A stretch of DNA of 47,874 nucleotides. It comes from Octopus bimaculoides (Eukaryota). The stretch covers positions 1,521,112 through 1,568,985 of the forward strand of contig NC_069005.1 of the NCBI RefSeq assembly GCF_001194135.2. The letters run 5' to 3'. Positions 24,101 through 34,877 of the stretch are shown piece by piece. Both the position numbers and the translations under genes were made by a program. Every line of letters starts with the position of its first letter. Within the stretch, counting starts at the first letter, position 1. The notes under the pieces are model-generated. The model was given only the letters and a program-made list of their open reading frames with translations. It had not been told where the DNA came from and did not search any database.

Positions 24101-24126
24101 CTCAAAATAAAATCGCAATAAGCCAT
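5242..24126 (-). CDS. P2RX: P2X purinoceptor (ATP-gated cation channel), spliced gene model: join(24126-23996, 20017-19864, 19310-19242, 16616-16544, 15933-15840, 14601-14521, [11349-11220 OR 8341-8188], 6746-6619, 6175-6019, 5340-5242); last exon unresolved
   Basis: Hand-translated exons join in frame through GT-AG introns and give family hallmarks: N-terminal YDTPK, TM1, TKVKG lysine pair, NFT, 10 ectodomain Cys, FNFR, RTLIKAYG, TM2 (GSGLALLSL/ASVVADIIMLY), C-terminal YxxxK (YREKK). No vertebrate subtype can be assigned from sequence alone. Confidence 0.96.
5460..5950. repeat. (TCTA)n/(TC)n low-complexity tract
   Basis: Seen directly; includes repeated tctctctctctatttctatctatctaat units. 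Confidence 0.9.
6019..6175 (-). CDS. P2RX: P2X exon 9: FAKYFQNENQSMRTLIKAYGIQFLITIQGRAGKFSIVPLLLNLGSGLALLSL
   Basis: Acceptor ttgtccag|G, donor CTG|gtgtat (weak); RTLIKAYG, AGKF and first half of TM2; inside track ORF 5899-6225. Confidence 0.95.
6619..6746 (-). CDS. P2RX: P2X exon 8: GASIQVNIVWNCNLDFSLDECLPEYRFTRLDRSNVVSEGFNF(R)
   Basis: Acceptor ctcttccag|, donor AG|gtaaga; WNCNLD, CLPxY, RLD and GFNFR motifs; phase 0/2. Confidence 0.96.
8188..8341 (-). CDS. P2RX: P2X alternative exon 7A: (R)RNIIGFENNRQLSKCRYDPRNATNRFCPIFTIQDILDLVKGDDSTESILKM
   Basis: Acceptor catccaatttcag|A, donor ATG|gtaagg; RNI, CxYDP..CPIF; 154 nt, phase 2/0. Confidence 0.9.
8891..8992. repeat. 17-bp minisatellite, about 6 copies (GCCTTTGTGCCTCYTTW)
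   Basis: Units start at 8891, 8908, 8925, 8942, 8959, 8976. Confidence 0.9.
10945..11111 (-). mobile_element. tRNA-derived SINE copy between P2X exons 7B and 7A
   Basis: Clear similarity to 24790-24968. Confidence 0.78.
11220..11349 (-). CDS. P2RX: P2X alternative exon 7B: (R)VNVDSNMSKNCTYDPHTLKSCPIFRMNTITDIIGIPFQKVALQ
   Basis: Acceptor ttttgttcattaatacag|G, donor CAG|gtagat; open frame with CxYDP..CPIF; 130 nt, phase 2/0. Expression is not shown by sequence. Confidence 0.8.
12345..12715 (+). mobile_element. (GAT)n-tailed SINE or RTE 3'-end repeat with internal tandem duplication
   Basis: attgtagttgtgacccctgtgccggt occurs twice (about 12336 and 12451) before the conserved 3' end and gatgatgatg tail. 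Confidence 0.75.
12783..12960 (+). mobile_element. tRNA-derived SINE copy, inverted relative to 10945-11111
   Basis: gagctggcagag...tctgagttcaaattc...tttgcctttcattc...aagtact...actggggg. Confidence 0.72.
14027..14450 (+). mobile_element. Internally deleted, decayed mariner (Tc1/mariner) transposase fragment
   Basis: Translates to MTECIEQRCCNKFCSKLG...IQKAFGDDALGKTQIKEWYNRFKDGPTSVDSEP (N-terminal HTH region), then jumps to W*LHQSNAPVH...SYSPDLAPCDFW (C-terminal mariner motifs) with a stop codon. Confidence 0.88.
14521..14601 (-). CDS. P2RX: P2X exon 6: EPLLKSAANFTIFVKNNVHFPKFKVS(R)
   Basis: Acceptor cttgtag|, donor AG|gtaaga; NFT and KNNxxFPKF motifs; phase 2/2. Confidence 0.95.
15840..15933 (-). 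CDS. P2RX: P2X exon 5: FRTGRCVNSSQNGTKVCEIYAWCPFENDTL(G)
   Basis: Acceptor ttttccag|, donor GG|gtaagt; TGRCV and CEIxAWCP motifs; phase 1/2. Confidence 0.95.
16544..16616 (-). CDS. P2RX: P2X exon 4: DVASGDFCTTDADCPAETMIPSGD(G)
   Basis: Acceptor ttgcag|, donor G|gtaagt; head-domain C..D.DC pattern; phase 0/1. Confidence 0.92.
16706..17003 (-). mobile_element. (GAT)n-tailed SINE or RTE 3'-end repeat
   Basis: Contains ggttggcattaggaagggcatccagctgtagaaac and a (GAT)n tail in element sense. Copies: about 4865-4995, 17070-17332, 17718-18035, 19556-19770, 47692-47874 (minus) and 12345-12715, 30075-30245, 41797-41985 (plus). Confidence 0.8.
19242..19310 (-). CDS. P2RX: P2X exon 3: ENGAVFVMTNAIITYNQTQRCPQ
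   Basis: Acceptor ttttacag|, donor CAA|gtaagt; FVMTN and QTQ..CP motifs; phase 0/0. Confidence 0.93.
19864..20017 (-). CDS. P2RX: P2X exon 2: YVIVYKKGYQEFDFVVGSISTKVKGIALTNRTILSDTPGVWDVADYVVPPQ
   Basis: Acceptor gacag|G, donor CAG|gtgaga; KGYQ, TKVKG and WDVADY motifs; inside track ORF 19855-20091. Confidence 0.96.
21352..21503. repeat. 19-bp minisatellite, about 8 copies (GGGAACCTCTGTCAGGGTA)
   Basis: Head-to-tail units with point variants and no spacers. Confidence 0.9.
22440..22730 (-). mobile_element. RTE-type LINE 3' fragment
   Basis: ORF 22520-22741 gives GRSPRDRPRTKWSDNIHDLSWLRLGI, resembling the G.R.RGRP..RW C-terminus of RTE-clade ORFs. Confidence 0.65.
23996..24126 (-). CDS. P2RX: P2X exon 1: MAYCDFILSLIFEYDTPKIVHIHSKKVGIINRLLQLIIIGYIV(G)
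   Basis: ATG at 24126; YDTPK motif and TM1; donor GG|gtaagt, phase 2. Confidence 0.93.
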
Positions 24127-24789
24127 TACTAAATCTTGTTGTGTTACTCCTGTTTCAACTGCAGCACTTAGTTTCTGTTTTAATGTTTTCCTTTTCCTTT
24201 TTTTTTTTACGGAAATTGGTTCACAGTTATGGGATGGCGTGTACCACAGTTAAAAGAAAATCTGGTCTTAATCCCAGTGGGTTGCTTATTATGATGCGAT
24301 TTGGTCACATGAGATAATTATTATTATAGGACAAAAAAAAAAAAAAGAAAAAAAGACCGATGGCCTTTCATATCTCTTTATTCTCTCTTCTTCTCTTTCA
24401 CTTATCAGGTGTGTTATTAAACAAAAGCAAACAAGAAAGAAAAAAACCGTGGGCGATTAGTTTAGTTCATCTCTCACACTAACCACAATAGAAACATACA
24501 ACTGTTACAGGACAAAAAAAAATCGTTGTTTTTTATTTTATTTTATCTAATTTCATTTTATTTTATTCAATTTGATATTTGCCCCGGGTTTAACATTACA
24601 ATCGAATGGCAACAGCATGGCAATAAATAGCAAAACATATTTCACTTATAAACATTCAATATATCACCAAATAAAACCACTTTTAACACGATTGTATGAA
24701 ATACGCATTACACACATATATACATAAGCACACACACATACGCACGCACACATTTCTATATTGCCCACAAGAGGGCTAGACATAGAGGG

Positions 24790-24968
24790 GGACAAACAAG
24801 GGATTAAGTTGATTACATCGACCCAGTGCGTAACTGGTACTTATTTAATCGACCCCGAAAGGATGAAAGGCAAAGTCGACCTCGGCGGAATTTGAGCTCA
24901 GAACGTAACGGCAAACGAAATACCGCTAAGCATTTCGCTCGGCGCGCTAACGATTCTGCCGGCTCGCC
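24790..24968 (-). mobile_element. Well-preserved tRNA-derived SINE (family with GCCTTTCATCCTTTCGGGGTCGAT central block)
   Basis: Element sense reads ggcgagccggcagaatcgttagc...ctgagctcaaattcc (A/B-box-like), then the conserved central block. Other copies: about 5020-5170, 7590-7740, 10740-10920, 10945-11111, 20570-20700 (all minus) and 12783-12960, 41068-41280 (plus). Confidence 0.8.
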
Positions 24969-26011
24969 CCCCCCCNNNNNNNNNNNNNNNNNNNNNNNNN
25001 NNNNNNNNNNNNNNNNNNNNNNNNNNNNNNNNNNNNNNNNNNNNNNNNNNNNNNNNNNNNNNNNNNNNNNNNNNNNNNNNNNNNNNNNNNNNNNNNNNNN
25101 NNNNNNNNNNNNNNNNNNNNNNNNNNNNNNNNNNNNNNNNNNNNNNNNNNNNNNNNNNNNNNNNNNNNNNNNNNNNNNNNNNNNNNNNNNNNNNNNNNNN
25201 NNNNNNNNNNNNNNNNNNNNNNNNNNNNNNNNNNNNNNNNNNNNNNNNNNNNNNNNNNNNNNNNNNNNNNNNNNNNNNNNNNNNNNNNNNNNNNNNNNNN
25301 CTCTATTGCCGAACCGCTAAGTTACAGGGACGTAAACACATCAACATCGGTTGTCAAGCAATGGTGGGGGAGAACAAATACAGACATAAAGACACACCCA
25401 CATTATTACAGGGATTGGACAAAATAATGGAAACACCTAGCATCACAGCATCATAATTTTGAAATATCTATAAAACCGTCAAAAGCTTGTTTATTTTTAT
25501 GCTTTTTGATTTATTTTTAGTGTTGCTTAATGTTTTGCTAAAATTGCTGTTTCTTTTCATATATCATCAGAAAAAGGTAATTAAAATTCTTTAAAATGAC
25601 AGATTTATTGAACTTTCAAAGAGGTCGAACTGTTGGTGCTCGTATGGCAGGTGCTAGCGTAACAAAAATAGCCGAAATGGACAAGCTTTATACTGTACTC
25701 TAATACGTTCTTAACAGAATATACCTTAGCTATATATATATATATATATATAATATATTACGGGCTTCTTTCAGTTTTCGTCTACCAAATCCACTTACAG
25801 AGCTTTGGTCAGCTTGAGATACTTGTCCAAGGTTCCATGCAGTGGGACTGAACCTGGAACCATGAGTTTCGGAAGCAAGCTTCTTACCACACACCCACAC
25901 CTGTGCCTAAGATCACAGCCACGCCTGCACCTATGATCATAGCCACACCTGTACCTCAATAGATAAATAGATAGATGTAGATATAGGTACAGATATAAAA
26001 TATAGATTAGT

Positions 26012-26064
<53 letters not shown>

Positions 26065-27929
26065 AAACAAAACAGGAAATTGGAAAGTTTTTGGTATTAT
26101 TTACTTACCAAAGCACATGTTTCATTTCATTTGCTAATAGTATATAGCGTCATCATAGTCATCATNNNNNNNNNNNNNNNNNNNNNNNNNNNNNNNNNNN
26201 NNNNNNNNNNNNNNNNNNNNNNNNNNNNNNNNNNNNNNNNNNNNNNNNNNNNNNNNNNNNNNNNNNNNNNNNNNNNNNNNNNNNNNNNNNNNNNNNNNNN
26301 NNNNNNNNNNNNNNNNNNNNNNNNNNNNNNNNNNNNNNNNNNNNNNNNNNNNNNNNNNNNNNNNNNNNNNNNNNNNNNNNNNNNNNNNNNNNNNNNNNNN
26401 NNNNNNNNNNNNNNNNNNNNNNNNNNNNNNNNNNNNNNNNNNNNNNNNNNNNNNNNNNNNNNNNNNNNNNNNNNNNNNNNNNNNNNNNNNNNNNNNNNNN
26501 NNNNNNNNNNNNNNNNNNNNNNNNNNNNNNNNNNNNNNNNNNNNNNNNNNNNNNNNNNNNNNNNNNNNNNNNNNNNNNNNNNNNNNNNNNNNNNNNNNNN
26601 NNNNNNNNNNNNNNNNNNNNNNNNNNNNNNNNNNNNNNNNNNNNNNNNNNNNNNNNNNNNNNNNNNNNNNNNNNNNNNNNNNNNNNNNNNNNNNNNNNNN
26701 NNNNNNNNNNNNNNNNNNNNNNNNNNNNNNNNNNNNNNNNNNNNNNNNNNNNNNNNNNNNNNNNNNNNNNNNNNNNNNNNNNNNNNNNNNNNNNNNNNNN
26801 NNNNNNNNNNNNNNNNNNNNNNNNNNNNNNNNNNNNNNNNNNNNNNNNNNNNNNNNNNNNNNNNNNNNNNNNNNNNNNNNNNNNNNNNNNNNNNNNNNNN
26901 NNNNNNNNNNNNNNNNNNNNNNNNNNNNNNNNNNNNNNNNNNNNNNNNNNNNNNNNNNNNNNNNNNNNNNNNNNATATATGTGTGTATATGTGTGTGTGT
27001 CTGTGTTTCTTCCCCCAACACCACTTGACAACTGATGTTGGTGTGTTTATGTTCCCCTACCTCAGTGGTTCGGCAAAAGACCGATAGAGTAAGTACCAGG
27101 CTTACAAAGAATAAGTCCTGGGCTCGATTTCTTCGACTGAAGGCGGTGCTCCAGCATGGCCACAGTCAAGTGACTGAAACAAATGAAAGATTACTCCCTC
27201 CTTTCACTGAGCATCAACCTAATGTACTTTTTGTGCACCTCCTTTTTGTGTACTTTTTGCGCACCTCCTCATCCTCATCTGCGGCAGAATGAGTTTAGAA
27301 AATAATGCCTTCCATACTGCAGTTGTTTTAGTTTCAACTCATGGTCCCAAGTTCAAATCACTTGCCTGGCAAGTATCCCTTTTCAATTAAATATTTTACT
27401 AAATATTTATTAATATTTGATGGACTTTCCTGTCGAATATTATGTCTGAGCGTTCAGCTTTTGTCGAAACGACCTGCCACACAAATGATTCGTTTATAGT
27501 GATCAAACGAATGTGCTGTACATTATCTCACCTGCCTCCATCAAATCAGTGTCACCTGAACGGTGCACCACGTGTCAGATGCCAAAGTGATTGCAGTGCA
27601 ACATGAGATGAAGGGTTTTGCTCTAAAACGCAATGCACCACCTGGTCTAGGAATTGAAACCATGATCTCGTGGTTGTGAGTGCAACACCTTAACCACTAG
27701 GCCATGCATCCTTGCTAATATTTTTACTAATATTTACTAATATTTTGCTAAATATCAATATTTGACTTTGAACCTAACCCCTACACTGAAGCAAAAATAA
27801 TTAAATTAATCAATTTTCCAGCAATTTAGTTTGATCTCCTCTTGGTCCAGGTTCTCTACTCACCAAAGACAATTTCACATTTTAATTTTCCTGTCTTCAT
27901 TATAGAGGAATCTTTAATGTGGACCAGAA

Positions 27930-28236
27930 TTGTTGTTGTTGGCACTCCGTTGCTTACGACGTTGAGGGTTCCAGTTGATCCAATCAACAGAACAGCCTGC
28001 TCGTGAAATTAACTTGTAAGTGGCTGAGCACTCCACAGACACGTGTACCCTTAACGTAGTTCTCGGGGATATTCAGCGTGACACAGTGTGACAAGGCTGG
28101 CCCTTTGAATTACAGGCACAACAGAAACAGGAAGTAGAGTGAGAGAAAGTTGTGGTGAAAGAGTACAGCAGGGTTCGCCACCATTCCCTGCCGGAGTCTC
28201 GTGGAGCTTTTAGGTGTTTTCGCTCAATAAACACTC
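27930..28236 (-). mobile_element. SINE of the same family as 38679-38934, cut by an N-gap
   Basis: Reverse complement shares the segment after the head; a related degraded copy lies at about 29130-29400. Confidence 0.65.
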
Positions 28237-28691
28237 NNNNNNNNNNNNNNNNNNNNNNNNNNNNNNNNNNNNNNNNNNNNNNNNNNNNNNNNNNNNNNNN
28301 NNNNNNNNNNNNNNNNNNNNNNNNNNNNNNNNNNNNNNNNNNNNNNNNNNNNNNNNNNNNNNNNNNNNNNNNNNNNNNNNNNNNNNNNNNNNNNNNNNNN
28401 NNNNNNNNNNNNNNNNNNNNNNNNNNNNNNNNNNNNNNNNNNNNNNNNNNNNNNNNNNNNNNNNNNNNNNNNNNNNNNNNNNNNNNNNNNNNNNNNNNNN
28501 NNNNNNNNNNNNNNNNNNNNNNNNNNNNNNNNNNNNNNNNNNNNNNNNNNNNNNNNNNNNNNNNNNNNNNNNNNNNNNNNNNNNNNNNNNNNNNNNNNNN
28601 NNNNNNNNNNNNNNNNNNNNNNNNNNNNNNNNNNNNNNNNNNNNNNNNNNNNNNNNNNNNNNNNNNNNNNNNNNNNNNNNNNNNNNNNNNN

Positions 28692-28985
28692 CACACACAC
28701 ACACACACACACACACTATCTCTCTCTCTCTCACACACACATTCACACATAATCACACACATTCATACATACCCACACACACTCACACGTATACACAGGC
28801 ACTCACGCACATTCACACACCCATGTGCACACACACACACACACACACTCACTCTCACACACACACACACACACATTCACACATAATCACACACATTCAT
28901 ACATACCCACACACACTCACACGCATACACACATATTTACACATACCCACACACACAATCACATACACACACATACATACATACC
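28692..28985. repeat. (CA)-rich compound microsatellite
   Basis: Seen directly; internal duplicated block cacattcacacataatcacacacattcatacatacccacacacactcacacg. Confidence 0.9.
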
Positions 28986-29699
28986 TGTATTATACACAGA
29001 AAGTCTTTGTCTACTTCTCCCTCTGGTATGTCATGTGCTTTGACAAAGAGAGGAAGACAGGCTAATAGCATGACATCAAAGTTAAATTCTCCATTTCACA
29101 GAATGTCTCTATCTAACGCTCTTCACCTGATTGTAAACTGGTGCTCCATCGGTCACAATGATAACGGTTCCAGCTGATCCTATCAACAGAACGACCTACA
29201 CACACGTGAAATTAACCTGCAAGTGGCTGACCACTCCTCAGACTCGTGTACCCTTGACATAGTTCTGAGAGATTGAGCATGGCACAGAATGTGACAAGAC
29301 TGTTTCTTTAGAATGCATGTGTTGCTTATCTTTGCCTGCTGGAACAAAGTGAAATAAAGTGCCTTGCTGAAGAATGCAACACACTGCCAGGAATTGAACT
29401 CACGACTTTACCAGTCAATCTGGAAGGGTCACTCATGGTGTTCACATGCTCTGTCTGCTACTATACCATCTAACAGGTCTACTCTCATCCACTGCCAACT
29501 GACCACTCATGTCTCACCAACCCTGCATGCCCACCGTGGCCCTTCCAGTGGGACCCACAGGCCACACTTCTGACCGGACATACATACTTCCTCTCTTCCG
29601 GTCCTTCCCTACAACACAGCCTGGCTCATAATACCACAACACCAGGTCACACGCCTTTGTACCTTTAACCAAAGGTCACACACCTTTGTACTTGATTGT

Positions 29700-30060
29700 A
29701 TAAGGGTTGCTAGAAACTTCTAAGCAGTCTTCTGCTTGGCTTCATGAACAAACATTCACTGAGGGGGACGCCCACATCTGTTGCTGTCCAGTTCAAGACA
29801 AACAGGAGCAACCACAGAGGCTGACCAGGGCAGGTTGTAATGTCCTTGTTTTCCATCTGTTCTTTCTTGTCTGCAAGGATGGTCCTGCAGGTGTCTTTAA
29901 AAGAGGCTGTTGCCTGATGGACAATGAGGTGCCAGGCTTCATGGTCAGTGGCAAAAACAGGCCACTGGTCGTGATCAATGTGGCAGGGGCTAAGAGATTT
30001 CTTTAGAGAGGCATTGTACCTCTTCTTTGGTGTTTTCTTATCATGGTGACCAGAGGATGT
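29700..30060 (-). mobile_element. RTE-type LINE 3' fragment
   Basis: ORF 29710-30090 gives GHHDKKTPKKRYNASLKKSLSPCHIDHDQW...ATDHEAW, matching the RTE C-terminal G.R..G.PKKRY.D.LK..L..C.I...W pattern, degraded. Confidence 0.7.
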
Positions 30061-31224
30061 TCTTGTTTCTGTGTGACCTTGTAAAAGCACCCATTACACT
30101 CTCAGAGTGGTTGGCAGTAGGAAGGGCATCCAGTCGTAGAAACCATGCCAATGCAGACTGGAGTCTGGTGCAGCCTTCCAGCTTGTCAGCCCTGCTCAAA
30201 CCGTCCAACCCATGCCAGCATGGGCAACGGATGCTAAAGGATGATGTATGCATTCAACAATGAAAGTATTCACAGAAAGAGTGGAAAATATGTGCAAATA
30301 CAAAATTAGGTTATGAAGGCAACATAAAGACTGGGATTTTATTGAAATATTTATGAATTCTTTTGATGAAAGAAGTTCCAAATAAAAAAAATATTTGAGT
30401 AGAAATAGCTTAAATATATAATGTTAATTAGTATTCATTCATTTAATACAATTTAATCATGTAAGTACGTATGCAAGTATGTCTGTATGGGGGAAAACGT
30501 CATGGTAAATTAATTTTGTAAACAGAAATTTCCTGGAACAAAACCTACTGATACAGTTTTAGGTGAGGCAGAGTTATCCCCCTTAGATTAGTTGCAGCTG
30601 TGTCAACGACTACTTTCAAAATTGATAGCAGTTTCCTGGTCCACCAATGGAGAATTCTATGTTTACAATAAGAATTTTCTCTTATGAGGGCATTGACTAA
30701 ACATCTTGTGTTTGGAGTTTAAAAAGTTGCCTGGATCAAGTGAGTTTTTTTAGGATCCTTGCTCTTTTATCCGAGCAAAGCTTACATCGTTTGCCCCCAT
30801 AAAGATTATTCTGGGAGCCTTTGTTTAATCATGCATGGCATAGTTTCCTCTTTTAAACACCATATGTAGCTGGCCAGGGATGTGATGTTGTGCCTCTCTG
30901 GTATCCTAAAAGAGGGCCAGTGATTCCTCAGAAGCTGCTTGAAGAGGCCACCTGTGGAACCAACATATTTCTTTGCCTGTGCTCTTGTGCTACAGCGGCT
31001 GTTGTTGCAATCATTAACATTGCTTATGTTGCTGTCAAGTGATGTTGATGTTGTTGTTGCTGGCATCGCTGCCATTGCTGCTGGTGTTGCTGGACGCAAT
31101 CCTGGTGTCGCTGCTGCTGAAGCTGCCACTGCAGGGGGCATTGCTGCTGCTGTTGTAGCTGCTTGCATTGCTGCTGGTGTGACTGCCGTTACCGTTGCCA
31201 CTGTAATTGCTGTCCCCATTGTTG

Positions 31225-31805
31225 TTGCTAAAGGTAGAAGCTCTCTGAACTTTGCCCAACTCATTCTTATTCTAGCAGCTATGCTTGTATAGCATCCACC
31301 TCCACTGCTGACTTGGTCACCTAGGTAACAGAGGCTATCTACTACTTCTAAGCATCCCACTGGGCATTTGACAAAGTCTGTTTTCTCTACATTTCTAGTG
31401 TTTATTGGTGCCTACACAAAGACTACTTTCTCTGTTAACCTTCCAATGTCACTCCTGCACCTCTTATGTGTCCATAGCTTACACCAGGTACACCTTGTAG
31501 AGTTTCTGCTTACACCTTTTCTATATATCGAGCAGGACCATCTCTCTGAAGGGATTTGTGATTTGTTTATTTCCCTATTTACTAAGACTTTACTAAATTA
31601 ACTTTAAAGCCCTTTGATTCCCGACCTTGCTTCCACACCTGAACTTTCTTCTCTGATTCTGTTAGTGATTCAGTTATAAGAACAAAGTCATCAGTATAGA
31701 AGATCTCCCCAGGGCAGCCCGTCTTACATTCCTCTGTTACAGCCTAGAAGACTATGATGAAAAAGTGAGGGCTGAGGACCGATCCTTGGTGAACTCCTAC
31801 CTGTA
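31225..31805 (-). mobile_element. Decayed RTE-type LINE reverse-transcriptase fragment
   Basis: Minus strand gives VGVHQGSVLSP, then after a frameshift FYTDDFVL (YADD position), a Cys/His cluster WSCSIYRKGVSRNSTRCTWCKLWTHKRC, and LEVVDSLCYLGDQVSSGGGC...ARIRMSWAKFRELLPL; stops and frameshifts present. Confidence 0.88.
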
Positions 31806-33473
31806 CATTGAATTCATTGCTATACTCATTACCAACTTTCACTTTACTGACAGCATCCCTGTACATCTCTTGTACAGCTCTCACTCACCACTCATCTATC
31901 ATCTATAAATGCATATATATTTATCATATATATACACAGACACTTGGTTACATATATATATATATATATACTCATACAAAAGCATACATCTACTTACACA
32001 CACACACACACACATTATGTTTACACCTATATTCACAAGTATACATATATACATCCATATATATATATATATATGCATACACATTCATACACATATAGGT
32101 GTTAGGATGCTAAAAATATGTGGTGAGAGCCTCTTGTCTGGCATGCCAAGGATTCTGCCAGCTCGTTGCCTTGCATAGTCAACCAGATAATACAAGGAGG
32201 TGTCATACCCAATGCCTGGCAAGTGTTAATTGTTATGAAAGTGTAGCAAACTCTAGTGAACTTCCTCTCTCTCTATTATATATAAGTACATACGAATGTA
32301 GCAGGTAATAGCTAATCTTTGGGTACTATTTTGGACCCCGTTTGTGTCTANNNNNNNNNNTGCTAAAAATATGTGGTGAGAGCCTCTTGTCTGGCATGCC
32401 AAGGATTCTGCCAGCTCGTTGCCTTGCATAGTCAACCAGATAATACAAGGAGGTGTCATACCCAATGCCTGGCAAGTGTTAATTGTTATGAAAGTGTAGC
32501 AAACTCTAGTGAACTTCCTCTCTCTCTATTATATATAAGTACATACGAATGTAGCAGGTAATAGCTAATCTTTGGGTACTATTTTGGACCCCGTTTGTGT
32601 CTACCACTCCAGTTGGTTGGTATTGGCACAATTTGTCTCTTACTCTATCATGCGCCAATATGCAACCCAACCAACCACAGCATCCAAATAAGTCATGTGA
32701 GACAGTCTATTACAAACAACATTTGAGGCTACTGTCAGCTATAAAAGCTCACCTCCTTCTAGTTTCAACATCTGTTGGTTCTAGAGTTTCTAAGGCCTAA
32801 CCACTGACCACATTACAGTGACCTCCATCACCATGATGTCTCTCACAAACATCTACGCAGCACCAACACACTGCACTGGTTCTAACACATTGCTGTTTGT
32901 GAGCTTTCCTCACCAGGTTTAACAACTAACATACAACCCACGCAGATGCATGCAGATATATGAACAAACGTACATCAACCACTTCCATTTATCATTCAGT
33001 TGTGTATATATATACGTGTGGCCACAATAAACGTATTTAAAGTTGTCACCTTTGTTCCATGTATTTCTTCATACCAGGTTTACTACCAAATGAGATTACA
33101 GCCTTCTGAATGGAGTCATGTTAGATGGAATGCCACTTAACCAACTAAAAAAGCAGAGATGTTTTAGAAAGAGCCAAGTACAGAAATATCAATCTGATGC
33201 ACAAAGGTATACAAGTAATTGAATGACTATTAACACAATAGATTAATAAGATAATCAGTTTGCATGAGATCTAGTTTAGATGTGTGCCCAGCTCTGTATA
33301 TTACTACTACTGTTCCTTTCATAATGAGACAACTGCAAAACGAACTGGGAATTATCCTTTCTACCTAGCATTTGTCAATCTAGAGAAGCTCTTTGCCTTG
33401 GTACTTCAATCTAGAGGCTGGTGGTCTTTAAAAAATAACTAGGTGTAGATTCAAGTTAAATAACAGCAGTGCA

Positions 33474-33735
33474 AGCTCCAGTATATCACACTCCAGCATG
33501 TCACACTGCAATAGCCAACACTCCAGTATGTTATACTTGAGTATCCAACACTCCAGTATAAAGTACTCCACTATCCCACAGTCTAGTAAGTCACTCTCCA
33601 GTATCCAGCACTCCAGTATGTCACACTCCACTATTTAACACTCCAATATCCAACAGCCTAGTAAGTTACTTTCCAGTATATCACACTCCACTATTTAACG
33701 CTCCAGTATATCACACTCCACTATTCAACACTCTG
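33474..33735. repeat. Degenerate 15-bp minisatellite (ACTCCAGTATRTCAC)
   Basis: Recurring cactccagtat; 5-aa periodicity (LECxx) in spurious ORF 33428-33631. Confidence 0.8.
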
Positions 33736-34321
33736 GTGTGTGTCGCACTCAACATCAGATCATAAATTAGTGAAGTTACTTCACTCTATCGATTTGCAAA
33801 CAAAAGAGTTCCTAATCAAGGGAAGACAATTAACGTCGGACCTAATAATGTCTGCTGACGACATTTAATTGTTCTTCCTGCTGTTTTCTCTCTCAGACTT
33901 CTGTCATTTATTATTTTTCTGGTTCTCTTCGTTTCCCCCCACCTTTTTTTCTGTTAATTGGATGTTTTACATTTTGCATTTGTCCTCTCCTTGCCAGACT
34001 TGTGCAACAGATGCGTTTATCCTTGTTTCGTAACCAGCACACAACCGTAAAGTCATGCAGGAAACGGTTTTACCTCATGTGAGTATCGCATTCATACATC
34101 ATCATCATCATCACTTGTGTGTATATATACACACCTATGTGTGTAGTTGTCTTTATACATACATGTATGTACGTATGTATGTATGCATATATACATTCTC
34201 TACCCGTTTAGCGTTGACTGTCGGATGAAATGCCAGAGTATATATTAGATTTATCATCACTTGTGTATACACACACATACCTATGTGTATAGTTGTGTTT
34301 ATACATACATGTATGTATGTA

Positions 34322-34370
<49 letters not shown>

Positions 34371-34846
34371 TCCCCCCGTTTAATGTTGACTATCAGAAGA
34401 AATGTCATAGTATATACAATGCTATAGTATATATCAATAATGTATTTTATTTTGGTCAAGTCAGTGTCTTAGAACAAAGGCGACTGACTCGATCAAAACA
34501 ATATACACACACACATGTATATATATATATATATATATAGTACTCTGTTTATCATTTTGTCCACGTTTTGTTTGCAACGTCCTGTACCCGGACATGCATC
34601 TATATATACATGTTGATGTAGGTATGTACATACATGTACGTATATATGCATATACTCATTTATTATTTGTATTATACACACACACACACACATATATATA
34701 TCTGTATATACCGTATTTTAACCCCCTAATTTTTTGCCCTTAAAATTTGGAAAAAAGTTTTTTTAAGGACTAATAATACTATCCATGTATAAGAAACTCC
34801 CATATTTTTGACAAAAAAAGGGCTCCTTTTACACATTAAAATACGG

Positions 34847-34877
<31 letters not shown>

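Noticed and set aside
32108-32603. Exact 243-bp direct duplication (32108-32350 and 32361-32603), giving twin 62-aa ORFs
   Set aside because: The copies are identical and separated by a 10-N placeholder, typical of an unmerged contig overlap rather than a real duplication.
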